A stretch of 64,000 nucleotides of DNA, taken from Escherichia coli O157 typing phage 14. Below the pieces are notes generated by a model. The model was not told the origin of the DNA. It ran no database searches and saw only the letters and a program-made list of their open reading frames with translations. The translations under genes were made by a program, and so were the position numbers. The DNA lies in the sequence record KP869112; one strand, given 5' to 3'. The first letter of the stretch is position 1. Every line of letters begins with the position of its first letter. This document shows, piece after piece, positions 18,254 through 27,713 of this stretch.

Positions 18254-20851
18254 TTAAAGGTACAATCCACGGTATTGAGCATAAAGGCCCAGACCGCGAA
18301 GGATTTCGCCAGAGTGATAGCCCACCGGATCAGAAACTGCCCAGCAGCCGTTTAAAACATTATCCCCATTGATGAAGTGGTGCTTTTGCAGTAGCTTCAT
18401 ACAGGCTTCTACAACAATGTCTATTTGAGGTATTGTCTCTGAATACCCGCACAGACCTAGCCAGCAGCAACCTGCAAGCCATTCACCTACCACCCACATC
18501 CTGTCCCCTCTGTCTTGATAAGAATATCCCCCAGAGGTGTTAAAGTCTGTAGGCAGATTTCCTGAATGAGATGACTGGAATCTGTTGAGGAACCATGCCC
18601 ATTTCTGGCAGAACAGGAATAATCTTTCATCAACAGGTTCTTTATGTTTCTTGAGCTCATAGATTGTGCGGCACGCAGCAACAAAAGATCTTGACTGGAG
18701 CTTAGAGTTATCTACCATCTCCCACCAACCAGTCAGCCCTTCATTACCTCTCTGCCATACGTAACGCGAGGCAACTGGACCCTCTGTCTTAAATGTATTA
18801 TTATACCAGACTTGAGCGTCATACAGAAAGCCTATTGTATTTGACAATCTATGGCGATCTATGTTTTCTGCACCCATGCAGTATACTGCTGGGTATTGCA
18901 TGCCAGGGTAGGGCCAATTTGGCTTTTCCTCTAAGAGATAGTTTTCCTTATCTATCACCTTTCCGGCAGGGAACACACCCGGTGTGTGCCTGTATGCGCC
19001 TTGCTTGTAGTTTCTGACATAGCAATCACCAACCTTGGCGGTTGATTCTGTCTTGCTTGCCATCCATACGCTAAACCATATTAGATAAGCATCCCTATCT
19101 GCAATATAAAATTGCGGCAGTGTGTTGACGCAATATAGATCAAACAAGCCATTACCTATCTGCCTGTCGCTTAGGCTGAAATCTACAGAGGTGAGCCCTT
19201 TAGGATTAGCAAAGAAAGGTTTAATCTCTTCTTCGGTGTGATGAGGTTGTGTCGGATCTAGTTTGAAATCTCCTAGAGTAAGAGTTTCTGTTATCCATTG
19301 TCCATTAGTGGCATATAGATCAGCATACCATAACCACCTATCTTTGTCAAGAAATTTGACCCTTACCATCTCATCATCTGATCGATAAGTTACTGAGTTT
19401 AAAGAAATCTCTCTCCCAAAATTGAAAGTTACTTTACCTCTTGCTATATTACAACGGGTGAAGTTGTCAGAGTGGTTGTAAATGTCGGTATCGTACTGCA
19501 TACTGACACTCGCGCCACCGCTTACGGCAATGTTTTCCTCTTTAGGTAAGAGATACGGATTACCGTCTTTACCAACCACCTCTACGAAATCAGTAACCTT
19601 GGCAACTATTTCTGTTACCTCTGCCCCTCCAAAAGGAACCCCTATCCTGTACTGTTTTTTGTTATTGTTGCCATCATTAAGGATGAAATGTGGCTGGAAC
19701 AGAACCCCTTCTCCTCCGAAATTCATAACAATTTCAGCATCTCTGCCTATTTTGTATGTAGTCCCTTTTTGAATTATTTCGCAAGGCTGGCGTGCGTTCA
19801 TTCTAAAGTTGATATACCCGTCACTGTCTCTGCTCATGACAGGAACTGTTCCTGCAACAAGACAAGTACCGTCTGTAAACGGTGCCTTAATCAACGTGGT
19901 CTTTCTAAACAGCTTGTCGTAGGCGTTTATATCACTGAAATTAAGCAACTTGTTGTAAGACTGTTTAAATGCGGTGTAATACTTTTCCTCACCTGTCAAG
20001 GTGTAGAGTTGATAACAAGCGTCACACCACATTTCTTCCCCGTCCAACTCTGGGGCCTGATTATCTGCAACCACGTTTATAGGATTTACAATTACAGGGG
20101 ATCCAGCAGGTATCACCGATCCACCCTGCTCTTGAGGTAATCTTACACAATAGGTCACCTTGTGGCTTCCTGTAACACCCTTATCTTGTAATTGGATTGT
20201 GCCGAACTCTATAGACGTATGCCCACTGTCGGCTATGCTCCCGTTAGCCCAATAGCGGTTACCATCCCATGCTATGTACCACTCAACCCACCAACTTAAT
20301 CCGGATGTTGTCCAATCTGGGTTAGCATCTGTGCCACCGTAAACATCAGAGTCTACAGTGTTTCTTCCTAACACACCGTTATACGCTTGGAATGCCTTGT
20401 CCAGGTATTCCCCCCATGTCGGAGATCCAGCTGGGATTTTTCCTCTACCGTTGGTAAAAGACACCACCACATCTTTAAACCCACCGTGTGATGGAACCCC
20501 ATCTGTGGATAGAGGGTAGTGGGACAATCTTTGCATTTTACTTTCTACGGCATATGCACCCAGAAGATGACTATTGTAAGCTTCCCAAGCATCTTTTGCC
20601 CTATCCAGATAGAAATCGCTTTTCGATGCCCTGTATGCTTCAATGTATCCCAGAATCAACACAGCTTGGGACTCATGCATTGCCCAATCGTTATTTATCT
20701 TATTACCTGCCCACCCTGCAGCTATAAGACCATCAGGGTTTACTAGCTTATTTTGTGTAGGTGTGTTGGTAATACCTGTGTTGTTATCGAGGCACTTCCT
20801 GTGCCCCTCAATCATCTGAAATACGTTATCAATGTTGTGTTGAATACGCAT
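18254..20851 (-). CDS. tailspike-like protein with putative polysaccharide-degrading domain; lacks the shared N-terminal anchor
   Basis: 865 aa; own RBS AGGAG; helix-rich Trp-containing segments (WAMHESQAVLILGYIEAY, MWVVGEWLAGCCWLGL) suggest an alpha/alpha-toroid-like enzyme, unverified. Confidence 0.45.
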   Translation of the reverse strand: MRIQHNIDNVFQMIEGHRKCLDNNTGITNTPTQNKLVNPDGLIAAGWAGNKINNDWAMHESQAVLILGYIEAYRASKSDFYLDRAKDAWEAYNSHLLGAYAVESKMQRLSHYPLSTDGVPSHGGFKDVVVSFTNGRGKIPAGSPTWGEYLDKAFQAYNGVLGRNTVDSDVYGGTDANPDWTTSGLSWWVEWYIAWDGNRYWANGSIADSGHTSIEFGTIQLQDKGVTGSHKVTYCVRLPQEQGGSVIPAGSPVIVNPINVVADNQAPELDGEEMWCDACYQLYTLTGEEKYYTAFKQSYNKLLNFSDINAYDKLFRKTTLIKAPFTDGTCLVAGTVPVMSRDSDGYINFRMNARQPCEIIQKGTTYKIGRDAEIVMNFGGEGVLFQPHFILNDGNNNKKQYRIGVPFGGAEVTEIVAKVTDFVEVVGKDGNPYLLPKEENIAVSGGASVSMQYDTDIYNHSDNFTRCNIARGKVTFNFGREISLNSVTYRSDDEMVRVKFLDKDRWLWYADLYATNGQWITETLTLGDFKLDPTQPHHTEEEIKPFFANPKGLTSVDFSLSDRQIGNGLFDLYCVNTLPQFYIADRDAYLIWFSVWMASKTESTAKVGDCYVRNYKQGAYRHTPGVFPAGKVIDKENYLLEEKPNWPYPGMQYPAVYCMGAENIDRHRLSNTIGFLYDAQVWYNNTFKTEGPVASRYVWQRGNEGLTGWWEMVDNSKLQSRSFVAACRTIYELKKHKEPVDERLFLFCQKWAWFLNRFQSSHSGNLPTDFNTSGGYSYQDRGDRMWVVGEWLAGCCWLGLCGYSETIPQIDIVVEACMKLLQKHHFINGDNVLNGCWAVSDPVGYHSGEILRGLGLYAQYRGLYL

Positions 20852-20852
20852 C

Positions 20853-21521
20853 TTAGATAGCTCCTGCGATAATCAGTGCCCCGTACCAAGTTAACCCGTT
20901 GTCGTAGGTTTCCAACTTGAAAATATCTGTTGCACCAGCTGTAAATGTTAGGATAGGATCTCTTCCGTAGGACCATTTAACATTACCAGGCCAATAGACT
21001 TTGTTGCCGCCAGAGGTCTGAGTAATGCATACGGTTATAGTTCTCGCCACCCCTTCAAGACCTTCTGTTTGATTTTCAAAAGAGATTGTGGTATTTGAAG
21101 TTAGTCGAACCTTAAAGGTATCCGCAACTTCAAGATCCATATCAAGCTGACCACCGATAGATCCGTAATCAACTATTCTGCCAGAAGAAGTTGCAGCAAG
21201 CTCACCAAAAACAGACCAGGCGTTTGCAGACACACCCCCAGCACCCTCTACAGTGGAGTCTGGGAGGATTATTTTAGGATAATCCCCGTTCCACGTGTAG
21301 TAGCGCTTAGTTTCTGGATCATAAGCAAAGTCCTTCTTGCTCTTAAGATAACCACCCTCTGTGAAATAGACTATTTTAGTAATGCTGAGATCGTTGACAA
21401 CATCATCAATCTTAGCCTTTCTTGTCCCATCAGTCTGGTTGACAACCAAGAAGTCATCACTCAGGACTGTTTCTGCATCTTCAAGATCTGGAATTGGTAT
21501 TGTAGGATAAGCTACAGCCAT
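20853..21521 (-). CDS. tail fibre/spike adaptor protein carrying the shared N-terminal anchor domain
   Basis: 222 aa; N-terminus (DDFLVVNQTDGTRKAKIDDVV ... FTEGGYLKSKKDFAYDPE) is paralogous to the N-terminus of the long fibre 14400..18218 (DDYLVVQQPDLTRRVKIGDVV ... FKEGGKLNGPMDFAYFEE). Confidence 0.5.
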   Translation of the reverse strand: MAVAYPTIPIPDLEDAETVLSDDFLVVNQTDGTRKAKIDDVVNDLSITKIVYFTEGGYLKSKKDFAYDPETKRYYTWNGDYPKIILPDSTVEGAGGVSANAWSVFGELAATSSGRIVDYGSIGGQLDMDLEVADTFKVRLTSNTTISFENQTEGLEGVARTITVCITQTSGGNKVYWPGNVKWSYGRDPILTFTAGATDIFKLETYDNGLTWYGALIIAGAI

Positions 21522-21530
21522 GATTTCTCC

Positions 21531-22247
21531 TTAGTTAACATCAATAGCACGACCAGACTGGTTGGCAATAGCCTCATCATTGGAGGTAGCAATAACACCA
21601 GAGTATTCGCGCTCATCTGGAGCAAGCGTCCAGGTATTGCGGTTAATGGTTTGTTCTGCCTCAGTCATCAGCAGATCTTTATCCTGAGTCAACAGAGAGC
21701 CTACAGGGATCGGGTTTTCCATCTCAGGACCAGCATACTGGTTCCACCATGTGGCATCTCCGGTTCTAGGCAATCTGAAGTTGATCAGGTAGTACAGTTT
21801 ATTAGCCCACTTAATCCAACCTTCATCATCACAGAGAGAGGTTGTCCCAGAATCAGGCTGTGGGTAGGTAAACTGATCAAGACCTACAAAAGCCAGCCTT
21901 ACAATCTCGTTCTCTTTGGTAACAACCTCAAAGAACGCTTGGTATGTTCTCGATCTTCGATCCATGGTAGACTGGAAGTTTACGATGTTTAGCACATCCG
22001 GCTCTTGTCTTGCCACTTCCATAATCTTGTTATCAAGAACAGTCTTCATGACCTTCTTACTGAGAAAGTCCATATAAGGGAAGCCAAACAACTCGTCAAA
22101 GTACCAGCTCCCCTTCCACGTATTAAACCTCATCCACAAGCGCTGGCGTAGACTTACCTGGTTTGAATCTATCAACTCAATACCTTTGTCTATCGCCAAA
22201 TCGCCTGTCTGTGGGTCCATCAATATATCACTATAAAGCGTAGCCAT
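21531..22247 (-). CDS. baseplate protein (hypothetical)
   Basis: 238 aa ORF between the spike and fibre genes. Confidence 0.4.
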   Translation of the reverse strand: MATLYSDILMDPQTGDLAIDKGIELIDSNQVSLRQRLWMRFNTWKGSWYFDELFGFPYMDFLSKKVMKTVLDNKIMEVARQEPDVLNIVNFQSTMDRRSRTYQAFFEVVTKENEIVRLAFVGLDQFTYPQPDSGTTSLCDDEGWIKWANKLYYLINFRLPRTGDATWWNQYAGPEMENPIPVGSLLTQDKDLLMTEAEQTINRNTWTLAPDEREYSGVIATSNDEAIANQSGRAIDVN

Positions 22248-22259
22248 GAAAGCCCTCTA

Positions 22260-22937
22260 TTAGTGCGGTCCACTTGTCTCGCCATCAGGGCAAGAGTGGG
22301 TATGACCTTTATATTCTGCATAGAATGAATCCAAATCCACGCCAGCAGCAGTTATAATTCTACCAGATGGGTCTATTGTAGCACCATTCATTCTGATATT
22401 CCCATCCACAGCAGCTCGCAAATTGGCAGCCCCGTTAGTGAAAGAAAACTCCCCGCTGCTGTCGCACCGTAATGTCCCACCAGGTGTTTGAAGCTCAAAA
22501 TCGCCAGAAGGTGTCAGTTTAAAATAAACCCTATCATTCCATAACTCTACGTTATCAGGATCGATCTGTAAGGCGTTTGAGTCTGAATGAACAGAGGTGA
22601 TTGCCCACCCCGGAAACAGGCCGTGAGTTTGTTGATCGTCGTTATTGTTTTCATTTCTCTCTGAAAACTGCAATCCTACAACATCCCCAGCCTTAATAGG
22701 AAGTGTTAGCCTTGCCTTTCCGCTGTTTGCAGACATCACCTGAATTGGAACGTCATAGATAAGAGGGTATCTCTCCACATCCCCGTCATCAAACGTGGTT
22801 TCAGCAATTGGCTGCACGGCTGCAGAAGGGATACTGTAGTCTACACTGACAACTCTGGCCCTGATACTGGTGTGGTAGTCCCTCATTATTTTTTCTATGA
22901 AGGATCTTACAGCAGCATCTTTCCTATTTATTGCCAT
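22260..22937 (-). CDS. baseplate central spike protein (gpV-like) with His-rich apex
   Basis: 225 aa; C-terminal YKGHTHSCPDGETSGPH resembles the metal-binding HxH apex of P2 gpV-type spikes; position after hub-like genes. Confidence 0.5.
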   Translation of the reverse strand: MAINRKDAAVRSFIEKIMRDYHTSIRARVVSVDYSIPSAAVQPIAETTFDDGDVERYPLIYDVPIQVMSANSGKARLTLPIKAGDVVGLQFSERNENNNDDQQTHGLFPGWAITSVHSDSNALQIDPDNVELWNDRVYFKLTPSGDFELQTPGGTLRCDSSGEFSFTNGAANLRAAVDGNIRMNGATIDPSGRIITAAGVDLDSFYAEYKGHTHSCPDGETSGPH

Positions 22938-23941
22938 TATACCTCCTCAGTTTTGTCAACAACTCCACCCACTGTTTCCCCAAGGCCAAGCTCTGTGATG
23001 TAATCACCTCCTTCTATGGTTCCTTTATGATGCACCGTGATCACCTTATAGAAGCCTGTATATTGCTTGCTTTTAAGATAAATAGTGGACTCTGGGAGGA
23101 TAGCTCCGTTAAGGCATGTGGTTACAGTAAGGCCAACATCCTCTCTCGGGTTTTTCTTTTTCTTTTTAGATGTCGAACCACCTTTGGCAGCAGCTTTAGC
23201 TTTTCGTTTTTTAGCAGGTTCTGGATTTTTAGGGGTAGGAGATCCGTGCATCCCAGACTCTGCACTTATTTCAAACACAGAGTCTTTGAACCTTTTTCCA
23301 ACCTTGGTCCAATACAAAGCCCCATCCTGAACGCTAAATGTTGAGTTGGTCAGCCTTGCAAACCTGCGGAGGTTCTCTGCAGTGTTTCCAGAGAAAGCCA
23401 TAGAGTATTGCAAAGTCTGGTTTCCAAAACCAACAACCCTACCTTTTGGCAAGTTCATATCCTTCAGTAGGTCATTAAGCACAGAGTTCAGAGGTGTGCC
23501 TTTCTGATAAGATCTTGTGCTTTGGCACTTAATGATGTTCTCAGTGCCATCCCCAAAGATGAACTTAGTTTTTCTGGTAGGACCTTCCCATCTGTCTTCA
23601 ACAAACTCCACAGTTCCGGAGAATATCAACTGGTTCTCATTATCATAGCCAGCTTCAAACATAACTGCAAGGGCATCAGCCTGATGCATATCTAAGTAGT
23701 TAACTGTATCGTCAGACAGGTTGTAAACTGTCACATAACCTTTGTTTGGCTCTTTGGTATTGTCCTTTTGTATGTCAAACTCTATATTGGCAGCACCAGT
23801 GTCTGAGCTAACTTCATAAACTCCGGAATCACTCTCCCCTTTCTTTTCAACAGATTTTGGGATATTGGTTTTTGATTTGCCGCCATGTTCTACAGGACGA
23901 CCAAACAATAATCGCCATGTTCTACGTCTGTACTCTGCCAT
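22937..23941 (-). CDS. baseplate hub / tail protein (hypothetical)
   Basis: 334 aa; Lys-rich internal linker (KKRKAKAAAKGGSTSKKKKK). Confidence 0.4.
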   Translation of the reverse strand: MAEYRRRTWRLLFGRPVEHGGKSKTNIPKSVEKKGESDSGVYEVSSDTGAANIEFDIQKDNTKEPNKGYVTVYNLSDDTVNYLDMHQADALAVMFEAGYDNENQLIFSGTVEFVEDRWEGPTRKTKFIFGDGTENIIKCQSTRSYQKGTPLNSVLNDLLKDMNLPKGRVVGFGNQTLQYSMAFSGNTAENLRRFARLTNSTFSVQDGALYWTKVGKRFKDSVFEISAESGMHGSPTPKNPEPAKKRKAKAAAKGGSTSKKKKKNPREDVGLTVTTCLNGAILPESTIYLKSKQYTGFYKVITVHHKGTIEGGDYITELGLGETVGGVVDKTEEV

Positions 23942-24321
23942 TATTCTAACCCTTGCTGTTCCTTGTAAAGATCAACCGGGGTGCCGTATACAAGTTGTAG
24001 CTCAGATCTCGCCCCAAGGTTATATCTTCCAACCCTGCCCCAATATTGATCGTCTTTAAACGACAGCGCCATCAGTCTACCTTTCGGTAAATCATCTCTG
24101 TAATGCAGTCCGTCTAAAATATCTTGACAAGCTGTTACTTTTCTGGTTACTAAAGGGCTGTCACCTACTGGACCAAGAGATAACCACCATGACTCATCCC
24201 TCTCATTCCATTGCATACGCATTTCATACGTTTCATTGTCTAAAACAACACGCATGGTTTGATCAGGAAAGCCGTCAATGTCCCACACAAAGGTGATTAT
24301 GCACCAATCTTTAAGCTCCAT
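23941..24321 (-). CDS. tail protein (hypothetical)
   Basis: 126 aa, overlapping start/stop with neighbours. Confidence 0.4.
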   Translation of the reverse strand: MELKDWCIITFVWDIDGFPDQTMRVVLDNETYEMRMQWNERDESWWLSLGPVGDSPLVTRKVTACQDILDGLHYRDDLPKGRLMALSFKDDQYWGRVGRYNLGARSELQLVYGTPVDLYKEQQGLE

Positions 24322-24333
24322 TATACGCTCCCC

Positions 24334-25218
24334 TTATTTCCCGTTAACTTTGTTGTAGTTTCCCTGCTCAGATGGGACTATGGTAGAAGGTCTTCCATAT
24401 TCCTGATAATACCAATCCGCAGCCGATTGGGTAACACCGTTTTCATCTGTCCACATCATAGATTTGTATGGCTGCCACTCCTCTGCAGCGTTTGTGGATG
24501 CAGTGTCTGCGAATGCTCCTGTGTCCCTCTTGTTACCTACGTTACTACCATTCTTACAGTCGTTGACAGCGCCTTTTTGTTGGGTCTTGCCTACTTTCTT
24601 AGGATTGCTGTATACAGTTGCATTAACAACCTTATTCAAGTAGAATGTGCGGAACTCTGTAAGTTCTACATCAAACACCATTGCAGCGCCTTCACCAACA
24701 GACTTGTTGGCAGAAAGACTGGTTATGATGTAGTTCTCAAGAAGTCTCTCCTCGGTAACCAAAGAAACCAACTGTCGCTTATTGATAATCTCAGTCAAAG
24801 CCTCCAATGCAGCGCCTGGTCGCATAGATGCTGCAGGGTTTTTAGAGTCAGTATTCCTATCAATGTAGTTTTGCTCATAGATTATGTGTGGGGATGTATT
24901 TACCCTACCAGTAAAAGAAAATACACCATCTTTAATTACGGCGTGGTCTGACAGGGTAGATTTATCTTCCACCGCAAACCCAGTCTTATCAACAGAATGT
25001 TTGAAAGAGTAATTCTCAACCTGATCGAAGATAATGGCAAGATCGTTAGTAAAGTTTTTACCCTTCATCTCCGTATTGCGACCACCATAGTTAAGACCGC
25101 TGACAAACATAGTGTACTTTACATCGCTTTCAGTTTGCTGCTCTGCCTTTTCAGCCTTTGGAGATTTAACCTCTTGAGGCTTGTACAGGTCTTTTTCATC
25201 AACTATATTGCTTGGCAT
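24334..25218 (-). CDS. tail protein downstream of tape measure (hypothetical)
   Basis: 294 aa ORF immediately after the tape measure gene. Confidence 0.4.
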   Translation of the reverse strand: MPSNIVDEKDLYKPQEVKSPKAEKAEQQTESDVKYTMFVSGLNYGGRNTEMKGKNFTNDLAIIFDQVENYSFKHSVDKTGFAVEDKSTLSDHAVIKDGVFSFTGRVNTSPHIIYEQNYIDRNTDSKNPAASMRPGAALEALTEIINKRQLVSLVTEERLLENYIITSLSANKSVGEGAAMVFDVELTEFRTFYLNKVVNATVYSNPKKVGKTQQKGAVNDCKNGSNVGNKRDTGAFADTASTNAAEEWQPYKSMMWTDENGVTQSAADWYYQEYGRPSTIVPSEQGNYNKVNGK

Positions 25219-25280
25219 AACCTCTCCAGGACACTCCTATACCATCTAGATATTGTATCATAAAATAGCCGTTTTTACAA

Positions 25281-25311
25281 CACCGATAAAATAAAGGGGG
25301 CCGGAGCCCCC
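25281..25311 (-). terminator. rho-independent terminator downstream of the tape measure gene
   Basis: Hairpin GGGGGC-CGGA-GCCCCC followed on the minus strand by UUUAUUUUAUCGG. Confidence 0.6.
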
Positions 25312-25322
25312 TGCACAGCTTA

Positions 25323-27659
25323 TTACCAAAGGTCGGTAGACATGAAGTTGATATCTTTATTGTTCTCCCACTCAAGTTTTGCATCAAATATTTTGTTAAA
25401 CTCACCCTCATCTATTGAAATCGTGATTTTCCCATCACTGATCTCTAAAGGTAGCATTTCCATAGTTCTTAATTGAGAAGCAAAACCAGGGCCACCCGGC
25501 AACGGAAGAGTCCCGCCCGGTAAGGTGTCCAAAGGATTAACAAACCCGTTACCTCCAGATATGATATCTTTGCGAATCATATCGCTGATAGTATCTAGCT
25601 GCTGATTTCTTTCACTTAGTGGGTTGTAACGGTCATTAAATAATTCCCCGGCGCTTAGTATTGTACCGATAATGCCCAGCTTACCGAGCAGACCAACTTT
25701 GCCACCAGGTGTCTTGAGGCCACCCCCACCTTTTCCTGCCGGAGCTCCACCACCAGATCCTTCTGTAGTAGCGGCACCCGCTGCTCCAGCTGCACCCCTT
25801 AGAGAGTTAAGGAATTTAAAGGTTTTTACAAGCATGGATGCCATGACAAAACCTTTTGTTAGGGCGTTGACTACCAGCATGATGGCAGCAGCAAACCCTG
25901 CCCATTTAGCATAGCTAAAGGTGTCATGAAGCTCTTCAGAATATTCCTTCGTCTTAGCTGTTATGAATCCCCATTTAATCCCCCATTCAAGGAAAAACAT
26001 GCGGATCTTGACTATAGTGTTGTTTAGTTCACCAACTACCCAGTTAAGGCCTCTCACAAACCCGCTAACAAAATCACCAGAGGCATCCCACACAAATTGC
26101 AGAGTCTCACCAGTGCGGATTAGTGTATAATAGAACTCTGTTAGTTCGTCAGACCAACGGGTGAACAGTTTCTGACGAGTCAGTTCGATGAAGGTTTTCA
26201 GTCTGTTTTCTGCCAGCACGTTAGACTTCTGCATTCTTTCATAACCAGCTGCAGATGCCTCGTTCATGTACTTAGCCACATACTTCATGATCTTGGCTGT
26301 TTTAACCTCACCTTTCTTCATCATGTCCATGAACTGATCCATGGAGAGTTCAGAAAGACCAAAAGCCTCTTTGGTGGCCTTGATAAAAGGTTCGTATGCA
26401 CCAGGCAATGCTTCAGCAAGTTGTTGCTTCAGTTCTTCGGACATTACTTGTCCCTTGCCAAGCATCTGTTGGATTGCCATAATACCGCGCTGGTATTTTA
26501 CCTCATCGGCACCATAAGCAGCAGCATACTGGGAGTATGCAGAAAACAGCTCATGCACTTCCTGATTTGTCATCTGGTTTTTGGCGTTTACCGACATCTG
26601 GGCGTAACCTTGAAGACCAGATTTGAGATCAAAACCAAGACGCATAGCCTCTTGCTGGACAAACGCAACCTCACTGTTAGCTTTGTTTGGATCTCCAGTA
26701 ACAGCAGTAAGAGCAGCACTTGCCCCTTCCATCATGTGACCGGATCTGTTAACCGCAGCAAATCCAGAAAAAGCTGTATACGCAGCTGTTGCATTAATAA
26801 CAGATCTACGTAAGTCTCTCATGGCATCGCCTAGTGTAAGCGTTTGGCTGGTGGCGCTTTTAAACCCAGACTGCAGCGCTGACAGGTGGGCGTTAAAGGT
26901 TGACTTCTTCATCTCCCCGCGAGCAAACCTGGACTCTAACTCTGAGTATCCTGGCAAGCTTCCACGGAATCCGGCCCCATACTTGGCAGAAAGTCTTATC
27001 GCGGAGTTGTAGAGGTGGGTTCTCCTTGCCTCACGATCCGACATAAGCCTATTATCCATACCAGCTTTACTGTCTCTTCTTAGCTGTCTATGATAACGAT
27101 TCATAGCGGCTGTCTGAGCTTTCACAAGGTTAGGGTCGGAAGCCACACCACCCATATTAGGGTTACCGGGGATATATTTGAAAGATTTGGCATTAGCCAA
27201 AACTCTTGCCTTAGGTGCCTTATAACCACCGTAAGACACTGGTGCAGATTTGGCAGCCTTTTTGGCCTCTTTGGCTTGCTGCTGGTAGAACTTACGCATC
27301 CTAGCCATTTCTGGATTTTTAGCGGTAAGATTACCTACAGCTTGTTTACGTCTCGCATTCTCCCTACGTTCTATTGCAGCCCTTACTGCAGCCTCTTTCT
27401 TGGCCTGTGCTACGCTCTCTCTGTGCAGTTTAGCATTTGCCTGAGATTGCTGTCTGGCAACCCTCTGCATTGTCTGCTGGGTTTTAACAGCTACCGCCTG
27501 CCATCTACTCATGGGGTTGGCTGAGTTAAAATCCTCACCCAGTTTCCTGAACTCCCTCCCAATACTGCGAATTTTCTCTACAGCTTTTTTGTAGGAGGAG
27601 TTCTCTATCTCAAAGCCAATCTTGTTGACTGTTGTGGCAACTATTTTGTTTGTAGCCAT
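25323..27659 (-). CDS. tail tape measure protein
   Basis: 778 aa, helix-rich with Ala/Gly/Lys-rich low-complexity and C-terminal Gly-rich stretch; located directly after the chaperone pair; RBS GAGGAAAC. Confidence 0.7.
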   Translation of the reverse strand: MATNKIVATTVNKIGFEIENSSYKKAVEKIRSIGREFRKLGEDFNSANPMSRWQAVAVKTQQTMQRVARQQSQANAKLHRESVAQAKKEAAVRAAIERRENARRKQAVGNLTAKNPEMARMRKFYQQQAKEAKKAAKSAPVSYGGYKAPKARVLANAKSFKYIPGNPNMGGVASDPNLVKAQTAAMNRYHRQLRRDSKAGMDNRLMSDREARRTHLYNSAIRLSAKYGAGFRGSLPGYSELESRFARGEMKKSTFNAHLSALQSGFKSATSQTLTLGDAMRDLRRSVINATAAYTAFSGFAAVNRSGHMMEGASAALTAVTGDPNKANSEVAFVQQEAMRLGFDLKSGLQGYAQMSVNAKNQMTNQEVHELFSAYSQYAAAYGADEVKYQRGIMAIQQMLGKGQVMSEELKQQLAEALPGAYEPFIKATKEAFGLSELSMDQFMDMMKKGEVKTAKIMKYVAKYMNEASAAGYERMQKSNVLAENRLKTFIELTRQKLFTRWSDELTEFYYTLIRTGETLQFVWDASGDFVSGFVRGLNWVVGELNNTIVKIRMFFLEWGIKWGFITAKTKEYSEELHDTFSYAKWAGFAAAIMLVVNALTKGFVMASMLVKTFKFLNSLRGAAGAAGAATTEGSGGGAPAGKGGGGLKTPGGKVGLLGKLGIIGTILSAGELFNDRYNPLSERNQQLDTISDMIRKDIISGGNGFVNPLDTLPGGTLPLPGGPGFASQLRTMEMLPLEISDGKITISIDEGEFNKIFDAKLEWENNKDINFMSTDLW

Positions 27660-27665
27660 GGTTTC

Positions 27666-27708
27666 CTCATAATAAAAAGGGCCAGATCCCAGAAAAGGAA
27701 TCCGGCCC
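27666..27708 (-). terminator. terminator-like hairpin downstream of the chaperone frameshift ORF
   Basis: GGGCC...GGCCC stem (plus 27679-27708) followed on the minus strand by UUUUUAUUAUGAG. Confidence 0.45.
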
Positions 27709-27713
27709 TTAGA

